Positions 1 to 7,453 of a DNA stretch of 10,458 nucleotides are shown here, piece by piece. The stretch spans positions 1 through 10,458 of the forward strand of contig WAKA01000183.1 in NCBI GenBank assembly GCA_015523565.1. The letters run 5' to 3'. How positions within the stretch are numbered: position 1 is the stretch's first letter; every line of letters begins with the position of its first letter. Source of the stretch: Candidatus Heimdallarchaeota archaeon (GTDB lineage: Archaea; Asgardarchaeota; Heimdallarchaeia; Heimdallarchaeales; Kariarchaeaceae). The position numbers and the translations under genes were made by a program. The notes under the pieces are model-generated. The model saw nothing but the letters and a program-made list of their open reading frames with translations. It was not told where the DNA came from and made no database searches.

Positions 1-28
1 GCAATAAGGACTCAATCAACGAAACCAT
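1..28 (-). CDS. Possible 5' end of a gene running off the left edge (MVSLIESLL...)
   Basis: ATG at 28-26 on the minus strand, open to the window edge. AT-rich TTTAAT lies about 20-25 nt upstream (47-52). Only 9 codons are visible. Confidence 0.25.
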
Positions 29-83
29 CCAAAACCATAAAAAAACATTAAACAATTTTCAATTGGGAGAGTTTCCCACAAAA

Positions 84-169
84 GGTGGGGTACCCAAGCC
101 TGGTCCAAGGGGCGTGACTGGAAATCACGTGTGCTTCCGCACGCGCGGGTTCAAATCCCGTCCCCACCA
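84..169 (+). tRNA. tRNA-Ser (anticodon GGA), type II with long variable arm, intronless, CCA not encoded
   Basis: Cloverleaf folded by hand. Acceptor GGTGGGG(84-90)/CCCCACC(162-168); D arm CCC-AAGCCTGGTCCAA-GGG; anticodon stem CGTGA/TCACG with loop CT-GGA-AA (GGA at 120-122); variable arm GTGC-TTCC-GCAC; T arm GCGGG-TTCAAAT-CCCGT; discriminator A169. Confidence 0.96.
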
Positions 170-176
170 TTTTTTT
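170..176 (+). terminator. Oligo-T tract, probable archaeal-type terminator of the tRNA gene
   Basis: T7 run immediately after the discriminator base. Confidence 0.6.
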
Positions 177-223
177 ACATAATCAGTTTGATATTAATCA
201 GTTAAAATTGAAATTAAGTCATT

Positions 224-1186
224 TTAGGATGCTATTGAGGGTATATTCCAGCGAACAGGAACAAAAGGGGGAGGAGATGAATAAAGAGGATACAATTTAA
301 GATTTGGAACTTTTGGAGTATATTCGACAAGTGGGTATTTTCTCAAGGTTTGATGAATATGGGAAATTTCCTTTTCGTGCAATGCCTTGCCAATAATCCG
401 CACCAATGTATAGGTTTCAGGATCAGGCTCAAATGAGAATAGCTCCTCAAAAGGGATTTCAACGACAACCATAGGATAAGTGGGGATTTCCTTGAAAAAT
501 ACGGTTTGTTGTTCAGAATTGATGACAAGGAATCCCTTTGGCTCAATTGTTTCTGCATAGCCAGTCCGTTCAAGTGATCCAGTGTATAATACATGTTTCA
601 ATTGCTGTGATCGATGGATATGACCAGAAAGAATGAAAGGAACATTGGATGGAAGTTTTGGAATGGTAAGTCCGTTTCTGAACACATAATTTTGAGGCCC
701 GATTTTGGCACCCTTAAATATTTGATGACAAATAATTATGGCTTGTTTTTTGATTTTTTGGGCAAGACGTATTGCTCTTGCCATTACCTGCTCAGGCATT
801 TTTGTGTAAGGAAATCCAATGATGGAGAGATTTTCCAAATCAACGTGTTTCAGTGAGTTAAGGACATGGAAGTTAGGATAATAGAATTCTAAAAGATTGT
901 TTTCATAGAATGATCGATCATGGTTTCCTGGAATCAGAAAAAAATCCATGCCTGTTTCGAGTAACTTTTCAAAAAGTCCGACAGCCCTTTTTTTGATTGG
1001 GGGAGAGGGATTTGGCATATCAAACACGTCACCAGTATGGACAAATGTATCCACAGAATTTTTTATGGCGTACTCAACTGCATGTTCAAAAGCCCTAAAT
1101 TTTGCATCTATAGAAGGATAAGACCCATCTATTGGCCTTGCCATTTTATGTCCGAAATGGGTGTCTCCAACTGCGACAATTTTCAT
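224..1186 (-). CDS. Mre11/SbcD-family DNA repair exonuclease (calcineurin-like metallophosphoesterase), 320 aa
   Basis: All five phosphoesterase motifs are in order: GDTH, TGDVFD, GNHD, ICHQ, GHIH. They are followed by the SbcD/Mre11-typical YTGSLER...E..PKGF. Confidence 0.9.
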   Translation of the reverse strand: MKIVAVGDTHFGHKMARPIDGSYPSIDAKFRAFEHAVEYAIKNSVDTFVHTGDVFDMPNPSPPIKKRAVGLFEKLLETGMDFFLIPGNHDRSFYENNLLEFYYPNFHVLNSLKHVDLENLSIIGFPYTKMPEQVMARAIRLAQKIKKQAIIICHQIFKGAKIGPQNYVFRNGLTIPKLPSNVPFILSGHIHRSQQLKHVLYTGSLERTGYAETIEPKGFLVINSEQQTVFFKEIPTYPMVVVEIPFEELFSFEPDPETYTLVRIIGKALHEKEISHIHQTLRKYPLVEYTPKVPNLKLYPLYSSPPPFVPVRWNIPSIAS

Positions 1187-1278
1187 TTACAATTGTATCC
1201 AAATAAGGTTAATAAGGACATTTCGTTTTGCCAACAAAATGTTGCTAGATAGATGAGAATTCTTGGATTCTTATGTAA

Positions 1279-1941
1279 TCAAAGAAAAATTGCTGTCGCA
1301 TCAAAAAGTACCTTGATTGCGAAAACCAATATCAAAACGGCACTTCCTTTTGTGATAAGCAATACAACTCGATCTGGTGCATATTTATTGGAGGTGGAAA
1401 GCAAAGCTGAGAAAAACAGCACCCATGTCAAAATGCCTGATAGAAACAGGATCGCTACGATAAATCTTTCAAAAAATGTATCCAAGGGGATATCCAAATT
1501 GAGAACGTAGGGACCAAAGCTCATCCACCATAAATAGCTCCAAGGGGAAGTGGAAACAAGCACAAATCCAAGACTATATTGCCTTAAAATGCCAGTTGAT
1601 ACTGAGCTTTCGGATGCAATCTCACGAATGTCCACGGAATGCGACCTGAAAGCAGAAATTCCAATGAAAGAAAGAATAAATGCATTGAGAATAAAAAGTG
1701 AAAAACGAACCCAATCATTTTCGATCAAACCCGAGAGTACTTCCGACCCAATGAACAAAACCGTCATTGCGATGACAAAATCAGCAGACATGGCCCCGAT
1801 ACCCGTTGTCAGTCCCAAGACAAATCCCTTATGTTTTTGAAATGCCTGCTTAATTATTTCCATGTTGACGGGACCCAAGGGTGCTGCAAGGCTGAAACCT
1901 AAAACAGACAGTTGTATGGCGGTCACTAGAGAAATTGCCAT
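1279..1941 (-). CDS. LysE/RhtB-family amino acid exporter, 220 aa
   Basis: N-terminal LGFSLAAPLGPVN signature, G...G.G...AD segment, later GFVLVSTSPWSYLWW segment, and about 6 hydrophobic helices. Confidence 0.9.
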   Translation of the reverse strand: MAISLVTAIQLSVLGFSLAAPLGPVNMEIIKQAFQKHKGFVLGLTTGIGAMSADFVIAMTVLFIGSEVLSGLIENDWVRFSLFILNAFILSFIGISAFRSHSVDIREIASESSVSTGILRQYSLGFVLVSTSPWSYLWWMSFGPYVLNLDIPLDTFFERFIVAILFLSGILTWVLFFSALLSTSNKYAPDRVVLLITKGSAVLILVFAIKVLFDATAIFL

Positions 1942-2048
1942 AGTTCATGCCATTTCATTGATATCAAAAGTTTTATCTCTGTGGCAATGTCCATAAAATT
2001 TTTCCGAATGCGTTAAACTTTTTAAAAAGAAATCAGGAAAGATCAGAT
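1942..2048. promoter_or_regulatory. Divergent promoter region (LysE gene / hydrolase gene)
   Basis: TTTTTAAA at 2019-2026, about 25 nt before ATG 2049 and inside the palindrome CTTTTTAAAAAG (2018-2029). On the minus strand, TTTTGATAT lies about 20-28 nt before ATG 1941. Confidence 0.55.
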
Positions 2049-2495
2049 ATGCCATTTACACCTTATCATTGGGGAATAGCATTACTTGTTGGACGGAGGT
2101 TTGACTCAGGCGATAGGTTCAGGGTAACGATCATTTCCCTTATTATGATTACAATCCCCGACATTGAGGGCTTTGCAAATGTGATTATGGGAATACCTGT
2201 CGAGATTCATGGACCACTTCATTCCCTTCCTGTTTCAATTGCAATTTCATTGCTTGTTGCATTAGGATTGAAGATTTTTTTCAAAAAGGTGGGTACAATA
2301 GAATTTTTTGTTTATGTGTTAATAATGCCCATTGGACATATTCTTATTGATCTCCTTATATATTCAGACATGAAACCTTTATGGCCATTCACGGATTTAC
2401 AGAACCCCATGGCTCTGCCATTCGGGAATGCCTTGGCTATTTTAATCTGTTTAGTGGCATATTTTGTTTGGGGAAGTTGGGCTATTTGGGAATGA
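2049..2495 (+). CDS. Membrane-bound metal-dependent hydrolase (YdjM-like), 148 aa
   Basis: Motif series MPFTPYH, IPDIE, HGPLHS, GHILID, PLWPF interleaved with transmembrane helices. Confidence 0.85.
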   Translation: MPFTPYHWGIALLVGRRFDSGDRFRVTIISLIMITIPDIEGFANVIMGIPVEIHGPLHSLPVSIAISLLVALGLKIFFKKVGTIEFFVYVLIMPIGHILIDLLIYSDMKPLWPFTDLQNPMALPFGNALAILICLVAYFVWGSWAIWE

Positions 2496-2530
2496 ATGGA
2501 TGATACGTTGTAATCCTATGTGAAACTAAT

Positions 2531-3154
2531 TCAAGAAAACCAAGACATTGCAATGGAAAGAGCAATTGGTACAACAATAAACAAGAACATGTAGCGGAAG
2601 TACATCCGTCTTATGTTTCCACCTTCAATTTCTGTCTCTATACCTGTCCTATAGCTCAATTCATCAATGATTTCTTCAAAGACCCCTTTGTCACTATTAT
2701 GATTTGAAGATTTCAATTTTAGAACACGTCTCTTTCCGTTATCATCCCACCAAATCTTCGCTCGTATATCCGTTATCACATATAAGATTCTTCCGCGTTT
2801 CCTCAATACTGAGTGATATTTCGCACGGATATCCTCTATCGAGTCATATGGAATGAATTGTTCGGTATCATTCCCAAAGATAAACGTCACCCCATCATTT
2901 TCAAATTCCACACTGAACATTTTTAGGGTGTTCCACCACATTACAGGACCGTAAAATATGAAAAAAATTCCGAAAACACCCAAAAAATAGAGGATACCAA
3001 CCAAAGTTTGATTCCAGTCTGGATTGTATTTGAAATGCCAAAAATCCAGTCCGAGAATAATTCCAAAGAAAAATGCCATTCGGAGAATAACCCTTCTCTC
3101 TTGGGCAGGATCTTTGTCCCACTCATAGTATAGACTTTCATCCTGTTCCTGCAT
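2531..3154 (-). CDS. Hypothetical membrane protein: 2 TM, beta-rich soluble domain (bacterial PH-like by pattern), C-terminal TM; about 207 aa
   Basis: The ORF is open from GTG 3220, but ATG 3154 (MQEQ...) is preferred because TTTTATAT (3175-3182, minus strand) sits 21-28 nt upstream. The pattern VEFENDGVTF...FIPYDSIEDI resembles bPH domains. Confidence 0.7.
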   Translation of the reverse strand: MQEQDESLYYEWDKDPAQERRVILRMAFFFGIILGLDFWHFKYNPDWNQTLVGILYFLGVFGIFFIFYGPVMWWNTLKMFSVEFENDGVTFIFGNDTEQFIPYDSIEDIRAKYHSVLRKRGRILYVITDIRAKIWWDDNGKRRVLKLKSSNHNSDKGVFEEIIDELSYRTGIETEIEGGNIRRMYFRYMFLFIVVPIALSIAMSWFS

Positions 3155-3223
3155 ACACATAACACAAATAAACCATATAAAAATCATATCATTTAATAAT
3201 AGAATAGTGTGGTTTTTCACCCA

Positions 3224-5962
3224 TTATTTGTTGAGGATCTCTTCTTGCCAACAAATAAGATCCCAGAGGGTACCACTTCTTGAATTCATTCTGCACCATT
3301 GGGTGAAACGAGCTAAGACATTGTTAAAATAGCTCTGGTAGACAGGTGAGATTGAGATTTCTTCATTACCATGTATAAATTCTGCAAGGACGGCAATTCC
3401 CTCTCTGAATTCTTGGTAATTTTGGAAATCCACGATCATGGGAAGCATGAGTGAACGGGGGAGCTTATGAATCTTGGTGGTGACATACCATCTGTTACCA
3501 AACTTGGAGTAGTATTGCATTACATGCATGAGTTCATGGACAAGGATGGTTTCACAAACGGAGGATCTGTCGAGGAACACCATGTGATTGGTATGGTCAT
3601 ACATTCCCAAGATCTGGATGTCTGCTGTTTCTGCATGGGAATACGGAACTGGAAGGTCGTCAACCAGGTTCTCTAGATTGTTCACTTCAACAATTATCGG
3701 TGCTGGGATGGCGGAATGGATTGTTCCTTTTGATAACTTCTCCCAAATTTCGTTTGCCTTTTTCTGGAATGAAGTTTTGGTAGAAATAAGGAAAAACTCC
3801 TCTATCCTTTCAAGTTTTTCCACATCAAGCCTTACTTTTGCAGAGAGTAAGTTTATTGGATGAGAGGTCTGAATAGGGAATTCATACCTTAGTGTCTCCA
3901 GTTCAGTGTTAGTTGACAGAAGCATTGATTTGAATGATTTCAATTGGGTATTGAGGCGTTTCCAACCATTGTTGTAGACAGATATGTCCACAGAAATTTC
4001 TCTTAGTTTGAAACGGATTGGAAGTGCGGAAAGTGCACCCACCTTCACAACAAGGAAATTCCCGTCTTCTCTTTTTTCAAGTGTAGCGGACATGCTTATG
4101 GGATTTCTCGGCATTTTATCAATAAATCCCAATGGGGAAAGAACGTCTTCCACGGAGTACTGAATCGGAAAGAGATCCTTACTTGAAATTTCCTCTTGTG
4201 ATCTTTCCAATAATTTTCTTAGATGTATTACAACATCGCTCTTTTTGATAGATGTAAAAAAATTGTCCCCGTCAGCAAATTCTTGAACAAGGGAATAAAG
4301 CATGATCCTTTCGGTAACAGATCTTCGTTGTTGTAGCCCGTATACAAGTTTTGTTGAGAGTATCCGCCATTTCAAAAGTTCTTCATCAACCCTGCGACCC
4401 AGCATAAATTTGAGAGCCATGATGTACACAATTACCAAATCATAACTTACTCTTTCATAGGGATCCATAGGATCAAGAAAGTCTTGGAGGAGTTCAATTG
4501 CCTTTTTCATTAGCTTTTTACAATCACCAACCTCCAACTGGCGGATGATCAATATTTTTACAATTTTCTCAAGGTACATTGGTCTTAGATTTGGGAGTAC
4601 TTTGTCCAGCATTTCTCTTGTCCAGAGTTTGTTCAATGTGGTCTTCAAATCGTTACTTCTTAAATCAGTGTTTACCAGAATTGTGGCATAAGCCATTTCC
4701 ACAATCACTATGTCTGCGATATCCACATTGAGTTCGAGGCATCGTTTTATTGTTTCCGTGATTTTTTGCCATTTGTCCCTCTGCCACTGTTCCCTTGCCA
4801 ACACCTTGTAAAAGTATGCATTGTAAACTGCCGTCAAGAGCCTTGAAGGATGAACGGCACGAAGGTCAGAGAATGAACCAATAAATGACTGTATTTCCTC
4901 AACTGTTGCCAATAACATTTCTTTGCTGGTTTCCTTTCCTAATAGTATAGCCATTCCTACCTCTGTTGACATGATAACGTCATAGAACAACAATTTTGTA
5001 GCGGGATCAAGCCTTGGGAATATGTCTGGTGCAATGGTATTGATGAATCTCTTGACAAACAACGAGTAATTTTCAATATTGGCCATATCTGGATTGTAAT
5101 AGCAAGTTCTCAATAGTGTTGAGGACATAACCAGAACCATCAGTGGAGTTTCCTTTCTCTCATCCATAATATTCCAAGTGAATTCCAATACCGATTTCAA
5201 TGCCTCTTGGTACTCAGTCAGATCAAGTATGTCATTCCCAGTTTCAATAGCCCCTTCATAAGTAAGTATTTTGGCAGTCACAATGTTGGCAGAAGTCTTG
5301 ATAAATGGTACAAACATTTTGAACCTTGCAAAGTCCTTGTATGCATGCTCACCAAATTTGTGTGCAAGTATTCCCAACTTTTCAATCAGTTTTTTGTCAT
5401 TAAAGATATTAAGTTGTGTCAGGGCACCGATTATCGTCTGAAATGCAGAATAGATGTATGGTCTGGCAAAGGGATGGTATTTTTCTGCATCAAAGCCCTC
5501 CATGGCTTCAACCAAGGGTTGTTTCACGATTTTTTCGAAATACCCCCTAAACTGCTCAAAGAAAAGGATATTGAAATTCATTGCCAAAAAGACAATCTGT
5601 TCAATCACATTCCAGTGATTGATGTTTGCGTCTATCCATGCCTTATATTGTGAAATCCGTTCCCCTGTAAGAACCACCTTTCTGAGGAGAATTTCCATAA
5701 TTCCTCCAATTTGGTTCCTGTTGATATAATCCTCAACCAATTGTATAAGTTGCACATCAGAAATGGAAGACATTCTCAAAACCCAGTACATCGCAGTAGG
5801 AGAATTTCTCTTGAGGCGTTTCTCTGTGATGTCATGAAGTGTTTTCCTGTCAAGGGCAGAAAACTCATAAGTAGTCCTAAAAAAGGTCAATTGGTGTTTT
5901 CTCCCACCGAAAGATGATATCTCCTTCAACAGTTCCCTTGTGTCTAAGTCCTCAATGTCCAT
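3224..5962 (-). CDS. Large multidomain protein, 912 aa: helical N-terminal ~600 aa, beta-rich domain (~aa 621-728), C-terminal zincin metallopeptidase domain
   Basis: Long ORF. LGMYD...VFLD...ETILVHELMHVMQY gives HExxH at aa 809-813 (nt 3524-3538), and downstream EGIA (E854) is a candidate third zinc ligand. No signal peptide is evident. Confidence 0.85.
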   Translation of the reverse strand: MDIEDLDTRELLKEISSFGGRKHQLTFFRTTYEFSALDRKTLHDITEKRLKRNSPTAMYWVLRMSSISDVQLIQLVEDYINRNQIGGIMEILLRKVVLTGERISQYKAWIDANINHWNVIEQIVFLAMNFNILFFEQFRGYFEKIVKQPLVEAMEGFDAEKYHPFARPYIYSAFQTIIGALTQLNIFNDKKLIEKLGILAHKFGEHAYKDFARFKMFVPFIKTSANIVTAKILTYEGAIETGNDILDLTEYQEALKSVLEFTWNIMDERKETPLMVLVMSSTLLRTCYYNPDMANIENYSLFVKRFINTIAPDIFPRLDPATKLLFYDVIMSTEVGMAILLGKETSKEMLLATVEEIQSFIGSFSDLRAVHPSRLLTAVYNAYFYKVLAREQWQRDKWQKITETIKRCLELNVDIADIVIVEMAYATILVNTDLRSNDLKTTLNKLWTREMLDKVLPNLRPMYLEKIVKILIIRQLEVGDCKKLMKKAIELLQDFLDPMDPYERVSYDLVIVYIMALKFMLGRRVDEELLKWRILSTKLVYGLQQRRSVTERIMLYSLVQEFADGDNFFTSIKKSDVVIHLRKLLERSQEEISSKDLFPIQYSVEDVLSPLGFIDKMPRNPISMSATLEKREDGNFLVVKVGALSALPIRFKLREISVDISVYNNGWKRLNTQLKSFKSMLLSTNTELETLRYEFPIQTSHPINLLSAKVRLDVEKLERIEEFFLISTKTSFQKKANEIWEKLSKGTIHSAIPAPIIVEVNNLENLVDDLPVPYSHAETADIQILGMYDHTNHMVFLDRSSVCETILVHELMHVMQYYSKFGNRWYVTTKIHKLPRSLMLPMIVDFQNYQEFREGIAVLAEFIHGNEEISISPVYQSYFNNVLARFTQWCRMNSRSGTLWDLICWQEEILNK

Positions 5963-6012
5963 GATTTATTTGTGGAAAGATGAATATTAATCTCATTTGC
6001 CTACAGATGGAC

Positions 6013-6636
6013 TTACGCATTCAGGGAACTCAAGAGTTTATCCAAAGATTCGACGCGTGTGCGAATGCTCTTGAGAAATTGTGCTTCTGTTTGGTTTTCC
6101 ACAGTAGTTTCCAGTTCCTCCAATTCTCGTTTCAGGGACTCATTTTTCTTTTGATGCGCACTTATGAAATCATTCCATCGCCTATTGTCACCTATGATTT
6201 CCCGCAATTCGTGCTCATCCTCTTGTACTTTGTATCCAGAGAAGAATGTGGAAAAATTGTCGATGTCCCTAAAGATCATTATACGGGATTCGATCTCCAT
6301 CTCAATTCGCAGGATTTCAGCAAGACGTCCGTACATCTCTTCACGCTTGTTGTATTCCTCTTCTTTTCTTGCCACTGCCTCAACAAATTTCTTTAGTTGC
6401 TTAACAGCAGACTTGAAATCATCTGCTATTGTGTAATGTGCAGACCTTCCCTCCACTCGTTTCTCAAGAATCCCAAGTTTGATGTATTCTTTGACCTGTG
6501 CTAAGACACTGTTGCGGGAAGCCCCTGTTTCTTGCACCAGCTCCTTAAAACTTAGACCTGGTTGTTCCAATAGAACCAGAAGAACGGTAACTGATCCCGC
6601 AGATTCAAGTCTTAGAGCATATTCTATGACGTCCAT
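6013..6636 (-). CDS. Winged helix-turn-helix protein (ArsR/MarR-like fold) with C-terminal coiled coil, 207 aa
   Basis: VLLVLLEQPGLSFKELVQETGASRNSVLAQVKEYIKLGILEKRVEGRSAHYTI fits the wHTH pattern. The C-terminus is E/K/R-rich with heptads (LKRELEELETTVE; IRTRVESLDKLLSSL). Confidence 0.85.
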   Translation of the reverse strand: MDVIEYALRLESAGSVTVLLVLLEQPGLSFKELVQETGASRNSVLAQVKEYIKLGILEKRVEGRSAHYTIADDFKSAVKQLKKFVEAVARKEEEYNKREEMYGRLAEILRIEMEIESRIMIFRDIDNFSTFFSGYKVQEDEHELREIIGDNRRWNDFISAHQKKNESLKRELEELETTVENQTEAQFLKSIRTRVESLDKLLSSLNA

Positions 6637-6843
6637 AGTTCCGAATCAACTAGTACAACTCCTCAGACCACTTTCTTTTTTAATGATATTGAATAGGGCA
6701 TGAATTTGAGCAATGTTCTAGCAACACAACTTAGGAAATGATATTGTGGAAGTTTCAGTATTAAATCTATTAGGAATCATTATAGGTCTTTTGAAAATAG
6801 AAAGTAAAGAGTTTCTGCATGTTTGTTCATAGAGAAACGCAAG

Positions 6844-7440
6844 TTATACAAACAAATCCAAATTATGAAAAAGAAATTCCTGCATCATAAAATTGAAAAG
6901 GCCAGAGATTCCCCACTTGTTCTCTGCGCTTACAGAACAATTAAAGAGCAAAGGGAGGTGTTCATATTTTTCTTTTAGCTTGGTTATGATTTCATATTCT
7001 TGTTTTGAATAAGCCTGTGAAGACAGCAAATCAGATTTATTACCAACAATTCCAAGAAGCAAATTTTTATTGTTTGTAATTTCAAATAGGAATTCAAACC
7101 AATATGGGAGTGATTGGACTGACGATGGATCACTTCTATCATAAACAATCAATGCACCGTCTATTGAAAAGTAGCTAAAAACTATTTTTTGAATGTCTCG
7201 AAGTAAACTATTTCCCGACAAATCCCAGATAAGCAAAGGAAAATCAATATCACAAAATTTGAATTCACAAATTGCGATATCCACAATCAGTGACGTGAAG
7301 AAATGTGCGGGAATGTTAATTGCGGTACGCATAATTGATGTTTTCCCAACCAACCTATTGCCAAGGAGTAATAATGAAAATTTATGATCCAAAACAATCA
7401 CGTTATATACATATTTTTCATTTATATTTTTTCTCATCAC
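6844..7440 (-). CDS. Rab-like small GTPase (Ras superfamily), divergent, about 198 aa
   Basis: G1 GNRLVGKTS, G3 WDLSG, GALIVYD strand, G4 VGNKSDL, G5 SVSAE. The start is GTG 7440 or ATG 7437. Confidence 0.88.
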   Translation of the reverse strand: MMRKNINEKYVYNVIVLDHKFSLLLLGNRLVGKTSIMRTAINIPAHFFTSLIVDIAICEFKFCDIDFPLLIWDLSGNSLLRDIQKIVFSYFSIDGALIVYDRSDPSSVQSLPYWFEFLFEITNNKNLLLGIVGNKSDLLSSQAYSKQEYEIITKLKEKYEHLPLLFNCSVSAENKWGISGLFNFMMQEFLFHNLDLFV

Positions 7441-7453
7441 ATTATCGAGAAAA

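Noticed and set aside
64-78. Small hairpin TGGGA-GAGTT-TCCCA in the tRNA leader
   Set aside because: The stem is only 5-6 bp and cannot be distinguished from chance.
166-169. Reading ACCA as discriminator plus genome-encoded CCA
   Set aside because: A166, C167 and C168 are needed to pair with T86, G85 and G84 in the 7-bp acceptor stem, so CCA is not encoded.
180-203. Direct repeat TAATCAGTT twice between the tRNA and nuclease gene ends
   Set aside because: There are only two 9-bp AT-rich copies in a convergent terminator zone. This is not CRISPR-like and no function can be supported.
2531-5962. The 912-aa ORF and the downstream membrane-protein ORF are in the same frame, separated by a single stop (TAA-TGG-GTG), suggesting readthrough or a split gene
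   Set aside because: The stop is TAA, so it is not a Sec or Pyl codon. The intervening 3155-3220 stretch is AT-rich, looks non-coding and has a TATA-like box positioned for ATG 3154. Coincidence is more likely.
6659-6664. GAGGAG Shine-Dalgarno-like sequence on the minus strand upstream of the wHTH gene
   Set aside because: It lies more than 20 nt from ATG 6636, and an in-frame TGA at 6646-6648 excludes an upstream in-frame start.
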